Positions 14,011 through 29,216 are shown, numbered from the stretch's first letter. The stretch: 64,000 nucleotides of DNA from Octopus sinensis (GCF_006345805.1 NC_043012.1:7068001-7132000); one strand, 5' to 3'. The notes: generated from the letters alone by a model not told the origin. Program-made: numbers and translations.

Positions 14011-14428
14011 CGAAAAATTAGAACCTATAGACACGTGGCTGATTATTTATCGCTCCGTGTCTATGTGTTCATTTCTGGCAACCTACTGAAGACGCAACGC
14101 CAGATATAGACTGCAATTATTTTATTTCAATCTGTATTTAACTCAGCAGAAACATTGCAGGGTCTAAGATTAAGGTAAAAGTTTTTATTTTTCAATCACT
14201 TTCGGAATTACAACAATTAGTGGCTTGGAGTTTAACTGCTCTTTCTAGTGAGTCAGATATTCTATTCTTTGTGTATCTTTTTTGTGTTTGAATGTACACT
14301 GTATTCTTCTCTGAATAATATATAGTCTATTGACTAATTTTTTCCTTCTCCCTAGACCACTGGTAACTAAGAATTTTTTCAAGAAATATGCTTGCTACCT
14401 TAAGATTTTAATTATATATACATATATA

Positions 14429-14760
14429 ACCTTGGGCCAGTGTCTTCTACTATAGCCTCGGGCCGACCAAAGCCTTGTCAGTATATCTGGAGGGCGGAAA
14501 CGGAAAGAAGCCCATCGTATATGTATATATGTATGTGTGTATACGCTTGTATGCCTGTGTTGGTCCCCCCCCCAACCTCGCTTGACAACCGATGCTGGTG
14601 TGTTTACGCCCCCTTAAACTAGGGGTTCGGCGAAAGAACCCGATAGAATAAGTACTAGGCTTACGAAGAATAAGTCCTGGGGTCGATTTGCTCGATTAAA
14701 GGCGTTGCTCAAGCATGGCCGAAGTCAAAATGACTGAAACAAGTAAAAGAATAAAAGAAT
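14429..14760 (+). mobile_element. SINE type A (head truncated)
   Basis: CTTGGGCCAGTGTCTTCTACTATAGCCTCGGGCCGACC...AGCATGGCCGAAGTCAAAATGACTGAAACAAGTAAAAG. Confidence 0.9.
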
Positions 14761-15201
14761 ATGTAAATGTGGTTATATAGGTTTGCATTCGTTTCGATCT
14801 TCTTTTATTGATTACGATCATTGCATTTTGGTCACGCTCGGGCGAGTCTTTACAGAACTTCCCAGAATTTTGTTGTTCATTATATCGAATCCAGTTGTTG
14901 CTTTTTTTTTCTGGTGTCATTTCTTTAATCGGATCTTTTCGGGTTAAAAAAAGTGGACGTTGTGGCAAAGGGAGGTAAGTCAGTCGGATCTGAATGCTGC
15001 ATGGATTTCTGTTTTCATGCGCTGATTTTAACCGGCACTGATGTAAATAAACATGCACGCATGCATATATTCGTGCATTACTTCTCGTGTACGCAGACAT
15101 ATATACGCACACGCACGCACACACACGAACACACACATGTACATTAACACACATTCACACGCGTGCGAGCATACACACACAGACACAGACACACACACAT
15201 A

Positions 15202-15407
15202 CAGTAATACTTCGACTATCGCGGGTGTTACGTTCCAAAACCTCCCACAGAAATAATTAAAATCTAAAAAAATGTGAATACCTATCGGCCGCAGAAGCCC
15301 GCGATACAACGAGGCCCCCGCGATATAAATTTACATATATTCGACAGAAAAATCCGCGATGTACTGAATGCGAGATAGGTAAACCGCGATATGGCGAGGG
15401 ATTACTG
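15202..15407. mobile_element. pogo/Tigger-like MITE
   Basis: TIRs CAGTAATACTTCGACTATCGCGG / CCGCGATATGGCGAGGGATTACTG, flanked by TA on both sides. Confidence 0.8.
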
Positions 15408-15659
15408 TATACATGTAACGCACGCTTGCGCACATTGATATACGTGCACACAGATGCACACATATAGAGCATTTCTACTATAGGCCCAACGCCTGATATT
15501 TCAGGGGCGGGTGCAATTCAGTGCTCAACTGGTACTCATTTCATCGACCCAGAAATGATGAAAATCAAAATCAATCTCGGCTGGACTTGAACTCAGAATC
15601 TTCAGAGCCGGAATGTACAAAAATGCAGAAACGTATGATGGAGTCTAGCACAACTATTG

Positions 15660-16225
15660 TATATTGAATTATGCTGGCACAGATTTAATCAACCGAAGCC
15701 ACTGTAGAAGCCCACTTTGGCGAACATTTCGTCTACGTTTGGGAGCTTCAGTGAGCCATGCTGTACATTTATCTTTACCAACCACATTATTACCATCTTC
15801 ATGATCAGTTTCGCTGTTATCGCTACTAAAATCATCATTGGATTCTTTCTTCATTTATTATTATATCAGATGTCTCACTATCAGAATCACTATCTGGTGC
15901 TGAAACTTCGTATGGTGCATCTACATTGGCTCTTTTGCTATACAATATTGATTTTGGGATAGACATTTGAAATATGTCAATTGTATTCAGAATATCCGAA
16001 AAGAGAACAGAAGGCTAATGGGGTCCAGTTGGCCCCCAATGACCCTATTTTAGGCTATAACATCCATATGACTGGAAGGTTTTAACTCAGAATTTGTATC
16101 TGCATACATAAACTATTGACAATAAAAATCTTGCGATATAAAATCATTTAAATATAAAACTGTAAAAAAACTTTTAAAATTTGCTAACCCCCACCAAATG
16201 ACCTCGCCAGCCAACGAAAGGTTAA
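15660..16225 (-). mobile_element. piggyBac-like left end with transposase N-terminal remnant
   Basis: TTAA|CCTTTCGTTGGCTGG terminus (TTAA 16222-16225); minus ORF from 15966 MSIPKSILYSKR...acidic SDSDSE tract...GKDKCTAWLTEAPKRRRN, resembling piggyBac N-termini. Confidence 0.65.
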
Positions 16226-16677
16226 TAGCTTTTAAAATGTCTTGCAACTCTCTTCACTTATGGAAAATTAGAGATTCTACCCATCTCTCAAGGCTGGTTG
16301 TCTGGCGTTCTGAAGAGAGAGAGCCGGGAGTCCTCACTCTTCAGGATTTCTTTGAATATATCACCTTCCAATTGCTTAAGTGGAATGTTAACAACATTAA
16401 TTACAACGATGAGGGTGTCCGGAGGTGCGATGCCAAGCAAGGTGATACGTCCATGAGTTCGATTCCACCTTGTGTTACAAAACATTCTAAATATTGGAGG
16501 AAGAGAAATCGCGAAATATACTGGAACCTTTCTGCATATAAAGACACGCTTATTACTGTAGATTTGCGAACATGTCTTGCATACATACACGCTAATACAC
16601 ACATACACACGCATGCATGCAGGTATGCATACATACATACATACATACATACATACATACATACATACATACGTACA

Positions 16678-16708
<31 letters not shown>

Positions 16709-16830
16709 GGCGAACTAAAGCAAAACTTACAACTCTTGTACTCTGACCATGACTTCTCATTAGAACATATTAGCATAGGTGCATTAGGTAATGTGTGTAT
16801 GTGTGTGTCTGTGTGTCTGTGTGTGTATCT

Positions 16831-16955
16831 ACTCACAAGCCTTTGTTCAGCCCGAGGGTATAGTAGAAGACACTTGCCTAAAGTCCATCAGGGGAACTGA
16901 ACCCGGAACCATGTGATTGGTAAGCAAGTTACTTACAGCCACTCGTGCGTCTATA
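16831..16955 (-). mobile_element. SINE type A 5' part
   Basis: Homologous to 8110-8242. Confidence 0.85.
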
Positions 16956-17000
16956 TACACACGCACATATATACGTATATATATATATATACATATACGT

Positions 17001-17078
<78 letters not shown>

Positions 17079-17486
17079 GTACATAAATATATATAACATG
17101 TATATTATTGTGTATATACATAAAATATGTATGTAATTGTGTGTATATGTAACAGTATATATTGGTATTATTCAAATACATAGGGCGCATCGGCACGGCC
17201 ACATATATGCATACACCATCTGCATATTCACATAAGCCCATGTGAAGTCTAAAGTAATAGAATCGCTGTTGTAGGCTGAGAATTTCACAGGATTTTCACA
17301 TCTAAAAGAAATCTGCTTACATTAAGAGATTTTCGGTAAGTATACCTGTCGGGTATAATGTGGAGACTCGCAGAGAGAAATTGGAGCTTAACGAATGTGT
17401 CTCTTGAAGAGATGTTCTTCGCATTGCGAATATGTAATTCCAGTAAGAAGGAACATTCTCCAAAGAAGTCAGCAAGGCAAAGATGT

Positions 17487-17520
<34 letters not shown>

Positions 17521-17731
17521 ACTCGATCCCGCTTTCTCTCTACCTTAAGACAAAATATTTGAAGCATAAATGAGTGTGTGTGTATGTGTGTGTGAGTGTG
17601 TATGAACGCGTGTATGTGTATGTACATATATATATATACATACTCGCTTTCACAGACACACAGACACTATACACACATATATACGTTTACATATATACAT
17701 ATATGCTTATACATATCGGTGTGTGCATGTG

Positions 17732-17783
<52 letters not shown>

Positions 17784-18003
17784 ATATATATATAATATCG
17801 CTCTTATCTCTGTGTCTGCCTCTCTCACACTTTCTGTCTCATATGTGTGTGTGTGTGTAGATATAACCCAATGAATAGTATGCATACAAAATACACAGAA
17901 CACATGTTCTCTTTTATAGGTCGACAACGCGGAAGAAGTTGTGGCTCTCTAAGAGATATTTAACCTCGATGCATAACTCTTACAGAAGGAAAGAAAATCA
18001 GAT

Positions 18004-18043
<40 letters not shown>

Positions 18044-18539
18044 TTCTCCTTCTCACCCCCACCACCCAGAATTTTGTTTCTTACTTTTATCTTACATTCA
18101 AGAATCTGCGGCATATATCTTACCAGTAGCAACATAAACCTACATGGTATAAGACAGTTACCCATAATTCCCGTGGTATATAATCCACTTTATAGATTAT
18201 CTATAATTTTTCATAGTAATCCGGCAATGAAATCCTATTTGTCTCAATATATTAATATAATGCTTGTATCCATAGTTTTACAAATCTAGTTGAGTCCATG
18301 TTTTACATGTGTTGTTGGTGTCCTAATATTAGTCCTGTACTGATAATCCGTTGTTGATCCACAGTACTCCAATTCATTAATCCGCTGTGTTCTGTTGTGG
18401 ACGTCTAATCTATTCTATGGAGGGTATTATATACCTATAGGGTATATACTATGATCATATAATACTCATAGTACACTGAATCCATACTGTTATTGCGATA
18501 GTGTACTTATGTAATTCTTAACAATTTATAATCTAATTC

Positions 18540-18960
18540 ATCTATGTATACTTACACACATACATAATGCATGCATGCATGCATACATACATACATACAT
18601 ACAAACAGGCATGCATACATACATGCATGAATACATACATAATGCATACATGCATACGTACATGCATACATGTATACATACATGCATACATACATGCATA
18701 CATGTGTGCATACATGCATGTGTACATACACACATGCATGTATGCATACATACATACATGCATACATACATACATGCAAGCATGTATACATACACACATA
18801 CATACACACATACATACATATATGCATACATACACACATGCATGTATGCATACATACATGCATGCATACATACATACATGCAAGCTTGCATACATACATG
18901 CAAGCATGTATACATACATACATACACACATGCATACATACATACATTCATACATACATG
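18540..18960. repeat. (TACA)/(TGCA) compound microsatellite
   Basis: Direct reading. Confidence 0.95.
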
Positions 18961-18964
18961 AGCA

Positions 18965-19150
18965 GAAGACTATGCATAGATATGTTAACAGAAAGCTCCG
19001 TGGTGATAGTAACATCGATCATCGAAGCAGTTTATCATGGATCGATAGCCGGATTACTACCTTCCCCTTCGAGGGGTATACGTTTGCAATCCAGGAACAG
19101 GAAATATCAACCAAGTACCTGATGTACAAAAGGGATAGAATTACTTGATT
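18965..19150 (+). mobile_element. Dong/R4-type LINE internal fragment
   Basis: SSLSWIDSRITTFPFEGYTFAIQEQEISTKY aligns with SQQWLRSSGLKAETEGFLIAAQDQSLPTRNY in 52299-53114. Confidence 0.7.
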
Positions 19151-22100
19151 TCTTTCATCAACTTATAAGCTGTTTCTGCTATAAGTGTACCATTTTAAAT
19201 CGTTCCGAGGAACACGAGAACCCAACTCTGGGTTCGCGTTTATTCATAGCAGAAACAACTGTGAGCTAATGAAAGTGAATGTGTAACTTCTCTTTTACTG
19301 TTATTCATTAGTTGGTGTTACACTTTGTGTTAAATATATATACATATGTAAGACTGTCTTCCACACAGTTTCCATCTACCAAATTCACCCACAAGACTGA
19401 ACTGGAAACCTCGTGATCGCAAAACAAATCTCTTAACCAGACACCCATATCTGCGTCTTATGTAGTTTCTTTTCTGTGTTCTTTTTCTTTCTATATGGAT
19501 GGTGTCTTCAAAAAATAGGATAAAGATGTGTATAGGTTCTCTGTTCAGTTTTCCTTCACCCGATACACGAGATGCAATAAAAAGCACAGAGGAAATTGAA
19601 ATGTTGAAAGGCCAAGATGTGAAGATCTTACGTTCACGGTTTTCGTAAAAGCATCAATGAAAACAATTGTGATGTGTTATGTTTCCTGGAAATTATTCTG
19701 TATCGGAGCATCTTTGAATTGAACTTGTTCCAATATACTATGTCATAATGTGGCTTTTTAACCCGGGTACATACACCTACTTGGGACCGATGTGAGGTCA
19801 CATAGGAGACAAATATCAAAACGATATTGTAGAGTGCACTTGGTGTTTCAAGAAGTCATGATTTCTTCGTAGAAGTAAAAGATTTAAGCTATACTTATAT
19901 TTTAAGCACAATTAAAAACAAAACTATGCTTGGATTAGAATATGAAAGGGGTCACACGTGTGAGCAGAAACATGATTGATGATGCTTCGAGCTAGAATAT
20001 AATCTCAGTATGTAATACTTTATCTTCTTTTGATATTCTCCATTAAACATAACGTAGAGGGCACTAGTTTATGCAGATATCTAAAAAAAAAATTGTTGGT
20101 GGCAAAGCATTTTCCCGCTTAAATCTATAGCTTTATTCTATCGTATGTCATCACTAGCGCAAGATCGCTTGCTAAGCTGTATCGGAGAGACATTTATTGC
20201 ATTAATTTGCTTCTTGGAAAAGGTTACACAAACACCTCTAATGATAAATAACGAAATTTATTAATCCTCTCAAACAGGAAACTTTGTTTAACTTCAATCC
20301 TTATTTCGAAAAACTGCGAACTGAAATCGTATAACATTCAATCATGCAATTAATTCCCTAAAATTATTAGACCTTGTGTCAAAATTTGAAATTTGATATT
20401 ATAACTGTTATGTTAATAAAATATATTTATGTTATCATCAGGTATGTAAGGGTGGCACAAATGAGCCGTGATAAATTTCGTGGATTTATGATCGAATTCA
20501 TATTTCATCACACCGTTAGTCTGCAGGAAATATCTACTATATTCACTTCAATAGACTACAGTTGCTCCAACAAATCATCTGTTTGTGTGTGCGTGTGTGT
20601 GTGTGTAGATAGAAATTATGTTACAGATTAGAACTTTATAAATGGCCAATGAACGAGAACAGGGTACACCAAAATTTAAGTGGGGCAGTGGGTAGATACG
20701 GCAACAACAACAGGACGCTTAGCACATAGAATTGAGTGTAAAATTGTTGTCATATAGCAAATATATCGATTTTAAATTTTGCACGAGGCCAGCAATTTTG
20801 AGGGAGGATAACAAACCAGCAATTACTTGAAAGGACGAAAGGCAAAGTTGCCTCCGGAAGCATTTGAACACAGAACGTAAAGTCGGAAGAACTGCAGCTA
20901 AGCACTTTTTTCACATGTGGTAAAGATACTGCCAGCCTGCTGCCTTGCACCATATAGAAAATATATTGAGAATTCCTGTTTTGGTGCCAACTCATTCTTC
21001 AGGATTCGTATATATGACACGCTATTGCTGCTTTGCCAGATTGCGCGAAGATGTGGATAATACATCGCTGCGCTAAAATTCATTCGTTCGGTTTTCTGTG
21101 ATTAAGCTATGTCTCTCTGGTCTCTCAAGGATTATCTCTCTTCGGTGTCACTGGATACGAAAGGTTACAAACCCAGGTTTGCACCAGTGAGTCTCATGCA
21201 GGGCGTCACTGAGCGGCTAAATTGTTTTTGCGCCTTTTCTTCCATAAGCGAGAATTTATTTCTTCACAATAAACTACAGCGAATTTCACTTTGGAAGTCA
21301 AAGTTAGAAACATATTTGAGTTAACCTAAATTTGCTTTATACTTTTTCAAGATTTAGGAGCTACTAAGCTATTACCGGTCGAAACTCCTGCTTTGTGATG
21401 GTAAGTTAGCAGAAAATTTTGTGTGTTAAATTATTATTTTTGGTATTTAGTTTCATCCATTTTCGTTTCGTATTTTATATCCTCAGTGGATCGATTTTAT
21501 TAGTTTTCTTTCTTAATAATTATAATTCGATTTAGCTTAATGATCAACAGTGTCTGTCGATTTCTCTGAACTTCAGTTAACAAAGATCGCTACACGTTAA
21601 ACGGATTCAATATTATTGGAGCAAACTGAGATAAAACTAACCAGGGCAAGAGATTTTTTTTGTGGAAGCAGTAACCAATTACAAAGTTCGTTTCAACAAG
21701 TGAGTGAACCTCTAAGCAGTTACTGGACATGCTAGAAACAATAGCCAAATCACCAACAAATCCCACACCCCTCTTTAAAATAAAGAGAATGTTATATTGG
21801 CTAATGTACTCTTAGATACACTATGAATGAAAACATGATCTAAGGGACAGTTACTGCTAGAATATATTTTTATCAGGAATTTGCTCAATAAAAGGGACCC
21901 CGGACGACGAACAACATATAACCATGCGGGATACCAGTGAATAAACTAAACAAAACCGTCTTTTGAGCCTCCACGTAGCTACTGGAACAGATTAATAGAA
22001 TAGTCAGCACTCCCTCAAATCACACCACACCATAGGGGTAGGAGACTATATTGTTGAGTATATTATATTTTGAAAAAAATACAAGCGGAATGATCACGGT

Positions 22101-22179
22101 TTCCAATGTGAGCAGAATATCAGAAATTTTGAGAAGGTAAATCGATTACATTATCCGAACGCCTTGATTAGGGATTTAT

Positions 22180-22750
22180 TTTATCGAACCCGAAAGAATG
22201 AAAGGCAAAGCTGACTGCAGCAGAATTCGAACACAGGATGTAAAAGGTTGGCATAACTGCCGCAGCTCATTTTTCTCCTACGTTCTGACGTTCAGTCCAT
22301 CCACCATCCTAAAGATGGTGATAATAATTATAATAATGATTTCAAATTTTGGCACAAGGCCAGCAATTTTGATCCCAGTGCTCAACTGGTAGTCATTTTT
22401 TTCAACCCGGAAAGGGTGAAGGGAAAAAATCGATCTCGGTGAAATTGAAACCCAAAACGGAAAGTAGGACAAAAAGTCGATAAGCATTTTGCCCGGCGGG
22501 CTAACGGTTCTGCTAGCTCGACGCCACTTAATAATCCTTTCCACTAAAGGCAAAACGCCTGAAATTTTAGGGGAGGGGGTCTAGTCGATTACATTGACTC
22601 CAGTGTTTCACCGGTACTTAATTTATCGACCCCGAAATGATGAAAGGTAAAGCTGATCTCGGCGGAATTTGAACACAGAATGTAGCGACAGACGAAATGT
22701 CGATAAGCATTTTGCCCGGCGGGCTAACAGTTCTGCCTGCTCGCCACCTC
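22180..22750 (-). mobile_element. Head-to-tail stack of three type B SINE copies
   Basis: Repeated GGCGAGC(A/T)GGCAGAA.CGTTAGC heads and CCTTTCATC bodies separated by (ATT)n tails on the minus strand. Confidence 0.8.
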
Positions 22751-22792
<42 letters not shown>

Positions 22793-22794
22793 TC

Positions 22795-23105
22795 TTATAT
22801 TAGCCACAAGGGCTCACATACAAAACATTTATTGACATGCAACAACATAAACGACAAAAACAGGACAATACAATGGATTTTCGCGTGTACACAATGTAAT
22901 AACAAAAAAAATTTGAACAAATTAAATCTCCCAATAAGGGAGGCACTTTAAGGTTCTCGTGGAAACATCCACAAAATCCACGGGTGCCTGAACAACAAGG
23001 CAAGGGCCTTTCTCCTTTAATTCTATAGGTGCACGCTCAGAATTGGTCCTTTCACACTGGCCATTCTCCCAGCACTCATCCACCTTTCAACAAACTTGCT
23101 ACAAG
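22795..23105 (-). mobile_element. Tx1-clade LINE extreme 3' end
   Basis: Minus SKFVERWMSAGRMAQ (ORF2 end) and tail TGTGAGCCCTTGTGGCTAATATAAGAA(TTA)n. Confidence 0.75.
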
Positions 23106-23109
23106 TCAA

Positions 23110-23420
23110 AAATGCCCTGATGCAATACCAGGCAGGGGTTCTCATGAACTCTGATCTTAACTGATTGGAAGTGGTAACCATGTAAATGTGTTGTCCTGGT
23201 GAAAAAGATGGGCTACAGTAAATATTCTGCTCAATACCACAGATTTGTTTGGCAGTTACTTGACCTTAACCAGTGGAGTAGGTTCCTTAGGGGCTGTCGA
23301 TATGTGCAGCTCTGATCTTGAGCAGAAGTAATAATGGTGGCGGGTATCATAGCCATGCGATGAGAGGAATTCTTTGAGATTTGAATAACTCACCTTTGAA
23401 AACATCGCTGTTTAGTTCAT
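23110..23420 (+). mobile_element. (AAT)n-tailed element, internal copy
   Basis: Homologous to 3450-3770 (reverse) and 60631-60800; cut off by the MITE at 23426. Confidence 0.75.
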
Positions 23421-23425
23421 CACCC

Positions 23426-23569
23426 TTAAACCTTTGAGATCGTAACATCGGTTTACTGGTGGATGGCTTATTTTTTTCTAAACCATAACACCACTCTACT
23501 GGTGGAGCGCATCAGGAAGCCAGGTATATGGTCAAATAAGGTTCAGGAGGTCAGGGCTCAAAGGGTTAA
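23426..23569. mobile_element. piggyBac-like MITE
   Basis: TTAA-ACCTTTGAG ... CTCAAAGGG-TTAA (8/9-bp TIR, TTAA at 23426 and 23566). Confidence 0.6.
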
Positions 23570-23634
23570 ACAAGCCCTGAAATTGCTGGCTTTGTGCCAA
23601 AATTTGAAACTATTATTATAATTACTATTATCAA

Positions 23635-23835
23635 GATGGCGGGGTGGCAGAACTGGAAGAAATGCTTAGAGGTATTTCGCCCGTCACCACGTTCTGAGGT
23701 CAAATTCCACCAACGTTGACTTTACCTTTCGTCCTTTCGGGATCGAAAAATTATGTACCAGTGAAACACTGAGGTCGATGTCATCGACTAGTCCCCTCCC
23801 CACAAATTTCAAACCGTGTGCCTATAGTCGAAAGG

Positions 23836-23865
<30 letters not shown>
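23635..23865 (+). mobile_element. SINE type B with the common tail
   Basis: GATGGCGGGGTGGCAGAA head; GTTGACTTTACCTTTCGTCCTTTCGGGATCG body; tail CCCTCCCCACAAATTTC...GAAAGG(ATT)n. Confidence 0.85.
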
Positions 23866-23866
<1 letters not shown>

Positions 23867-24082
23867 GTAGTAGTAGTAGTAGTAGTAGTAGTAGCGTAGT
23901 AGTTTATTTTATTGTTGTTGTTGGTGATGGTATTAGTGTAACAAATTAACTCTACCATTCAAGAACAGAAGCCATCCCTCTGGTGACCAGCCACACGGAT
24001 TTTATTCTTCAAAGCTAAATCTACGTCGTTGCAAAATAAACTTATTAGAACATACTCATAGCAATCGCTGCACCTTTACTGC

Positions 24083-24115
<33 letters not shown>

Positions 24116-24499
24116 TAATAATAATAACTGGTCTAATTTTAGCAACATTACATCGTGCATAAAGGTGCAGCTCTATGCACTAATCACCATCAGCGCTAGC
24201 CGGATGTCTGGAGCAAATTCTTTGGAATTCTTCGGAATTTTTAGTTCGTTTGGAATTTGTCTGCTGTATTTATTATTTTTCCTTCTCGTCAGTTCTTCAA
24301 CAGGAAAAACAACAACAACAGCAACAATAACAACAGCAACATCAGTATCGGCAGCAGCAGCAGCAGCAACAGCAACAACAACAACATCAATAATAATAAA
24401 TGCAGTTACAAAGAAAAAAAAATCAATATTTCTTTGAGATATGAAGAATTTTTACCTTCAATCCTATTTCGGTTATATTCATCACGTCACTTAATTTTT

Positions 24500-25990
<1,491 letters not shown>

Positions 25991-26995
25991 ATGTTTCTTT
26001 ATTAGCCACACAGGGCTGCACACAGAACAAATTACAAGGTAGAGCTTTACTTTTGAAGGTTTAAAAAAAAGAAAAAAAAAAAGGAAGGGGGAGTTTCGAT
26101 CAAAAGGGGTCGTAAAAGGAAAGAAAGAGGACAAAAAAAGGGGGGTTAAAAAAAAGGGGGAGAGGAAAAAAAAAATTGATCAATAGGGATCGTTATCACA
26201 GAAATGTCAATATGTAGTGTAAAGGGGAGGACAGGTGAGGTTTACCCGTGGAAAGAAAAGCCTACGGAAAAGACCACAGTAACCTCGGTCAATGGAGTCA
26301 CATGTTATATTTCTTTTTTTTTTTTTTTTGCGAATAAGCAACTCTCGGTTTTCAATTTCTAGGTTCATAGGATTATGCTCAAGGTGGCTTCGTCATTCAT
26401 ACGTGCCATTCTTGCTACATTCACCCATCTTTTTTTAAAACATTCGCTAGACAAAACTTGCCTCTCTACTCTCACTTTCCTTTTCAAGTGGTACTTGAAG
26501 AAGTTGATGAGAGATTGACCAGAGAGGAAAGTGTTTGTCTCCAATCCTTTCAGACGCGTCCACCAGATACATTCTTTCGCCATAGCCACAAGGATGATGA
26601 AAATAGCTCTTCCTTCCCGTTTGAAGGAAGGAGGCGTGACAATATTGACGATAGACTCAGCTGATAAACCGACTCGTCCCACACGTGACAGCAGTTGTTC
26701 GACATAAGCCCACAGGTCGGAAATTGTTGGACACTGCACGAGTGCGTGCAGAACGGTTTCGTCGCTCTGATCGCATCTCGGGCAGGTCGGCCCAGTGTTT
26801 CTCGAGCCGTGTCTGTAGAGCTTATCCCGAACGCGTAGCGCTTCTCGGTAGCACTGCCAGGCCAGGGATCTCTGGAAGTTGTCCATGGGCCCTGGCCCGA
26901 AAGTCGTCCTGAACAGGCGGGTCAGATACTCCTCGTCGACGTCCAGGTTCGCTCCGAGCTCGTCGTCGTACCTCCCCTCCACTAAACCCCTATAG
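25991..26995 (-). mobile_element. Young 5'-truncated Tx1-clade LINE in an (ATCT)n tract
   Basis: Uninterrupted ~210-codon ORF2 C-terminus (26365-26995) with CPRC...H...C zf-RVT; 3' end TCTGTGTGCAGCCCTGTGTGGCTAATAAAGAAACAT; (GATA)n on both sides. Confidence 0.9.
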
Positions 26996-27008
26996 AATGA
27001 TATAGAAT

Positions 27009-27077
<69 letters not shown>

Positions 27078-27493
27078 CCACATAATACAGTAGATTCAGC
27101 AACTGGATTCACTCCCAGCTGGGCTTGTCTACTGAGGAGTGCAGTGGTGGAGGTGGTGGTGGTGGTGGTGGTGGTGGAATCACATAGCATTATAGATGGA
27201 AGAGGGGTCAAGATAATCTCCTTGAAACAAGATGGCACCCATATCCTGGGAAGGAAATGGGTGCCACCAGTATTAGCAATCCAAATGAAACACTTAAATA
27301 GTAATTACATGAATATATAGTCATAGACCGGAGCGGCTGAGGTCCGGAAAGACGAAGTCTGAGCGTGGGTGGAAAAGATTTGTTAAAATATTCAGGTGCT
27401 TTTCACTGGCAGAAATACTATGGGAACGGCACATACATACATACATACATACATACATACATACATACATACATACATACACACGCGCACACG

Positions 27494-27533
<40 letters not shown>

Positions 27534-27824
27534 ACACACACACACACGCACACACACCAGCTCTCATTCAAATCGCATCAGATGCCGTCTGGTATTCACA
27601 AACAACAAACACGATATTATTGTTGGATAGTCTTTGATGATAGGAGAATTCGATTAAGATCGATCTGCAAGCAAACAACAAAAACAGACCTTTGAGCGTA
27701 GAGTTAAATGCCTAGCAGGATTTGTTCTTTCTACGTTCTGAGATCAAATCCAACAGAAGCCAACTTTGTCTTTCATCTTTTCGTGGTTGATAAATAAAGT
27801 ACCAGTTCAGGGTGAAAGATTGGT

Positions 27825-28085
27825 GGAACTGTAAGAGGGTCGGACACAGGGTTTAACATGGATCAATACCCATAGAGGCCCCATAACATGGATTAAGATC
27901 CATAGAGGAACTGTAAGAGAGTCCGGACACAGGGTTTAACATGGATCAAGACCCATAGAGGCCCTATTACATGGATTAAGATCCATAAAGAAACTGTAGG
28001 AGGGTCGGACAACATGGATTAAGACCCATAGAGGAACTGTAAGAGGGTCAGGCACAGGGCTGGATTAAGACCCATAGAGGCCCCA
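27825..28085. repeat. Higher-order minisatellite (~82-bp units with a ~23-bp subunit)
   Basis: GGAACTGTAAGAGGGTC starts at 27825, 27907, 27990 and 28033; ACATGGAT(T/C)AAGA(C/T)CCATAGAGG recurs about six times. Confidence 0.9.
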
Positions 28086-28439
28086 AGCACTTAAAAAATA
28101 TTGGTACCTTCATATACATATATGTAATTCAATCTATGGACAATAATAAAACATAAAATGAAGTTTTATTTTTCAAAATGTTATATAACTGACAGTAACA
28201 TGGAAAATAATGTCTACTTTTGTGCAGACTTTTACACGGTATGGCATAGGATGGAGTACATGATGCCAGAGAGCATAACATGGTCCTCAACTAAGGGAAG
28301 ATGGAGTACGTGTTATATCTGAATCTATAGACCTGATTCCCACATTATCATGCGACCGTCTTATCATGGTCCAACAAAGGATGCCCAACGTGGTTATTTG
28401 TCCTTCCAGCAATAGCAGCCAAGCTTGCCTCCTCCAGAT

Positions 28440-28640
28440 GCATTCGTATTCAGCCGTTGCCGCTGGTCTCTGTGCAGGTTCGCTGAGGCGTGACCTGTCC
28501 ATTCCTTAATGTTGTCCAACCAGGATTTTCTCTGCCTGCCTCGCTTTCGCCTTTCCTCAACTGGGCCCTGAAGAATGGATTTGGAGAGAGAGTTGTGACA
28601 GGATACATGATCGTAAAATAGGCAAGTTTTCATCATTTTA
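28440..28640 (-). mobile_element. RTE-clade LINE C-terminal fragment
   Basis: HNSLSKSILQGPVEERRKRGRQRKSWLDNIKEWTG. Confidence 0.85.
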
Positions 28641-29178
28641 ACGGCGCAAGGAGTGGTTCCTGTCTGCTAGTGTATTTGTATTGGAATTCAAGAACGTCAG
28701 TAACAACAGCTCAAAACACGAATAAGAACAAGAGAACAGCCACAAATTACGAGTAACGGAAACTACACAAACAACAACATCAATAACAGGCTCAACAATG
28801 AGACAAATTAGGCAGAAGCCTCTTTGCTGTCGCTCAATTTGCTAGAAATAGTAACCTAATCTCAAAAACAACAGACATTATAAATGCTCATTTTGCAAAA
28901 TGTAGTCCTAGATACTCTGTGCCTTAAAGAAAAAGATGAAACGTCTAAATACTGGTTTGGTTTGCATTTGGCCGTAAGTTTGCTTCATCAGCACTGACCT
29001 GGAGCAATAAACAACACCAACAGCATCATCGTCATCATCATCAACAACAACAACAACAACAGCAACGGCAACAGTCTTATACTTTCAAGCTATTTTGAAT
29101 GACTCTCTTCTGACCGCTCAAAGCAACACAACCAAACGAACACACACACGTACACACGTACACACGCGCACACACACA

Positions 29179-29216
<38 letters not shown>

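Noticed and set aside
27825-28085. CRISPR-like look: ~23-bp hairpin repeats with intervening segments
   Set aside because: The intervening segments repeat each other, spacing is irregular, no cas genes are present and the context is eukaryotic. It is a minisatellite.
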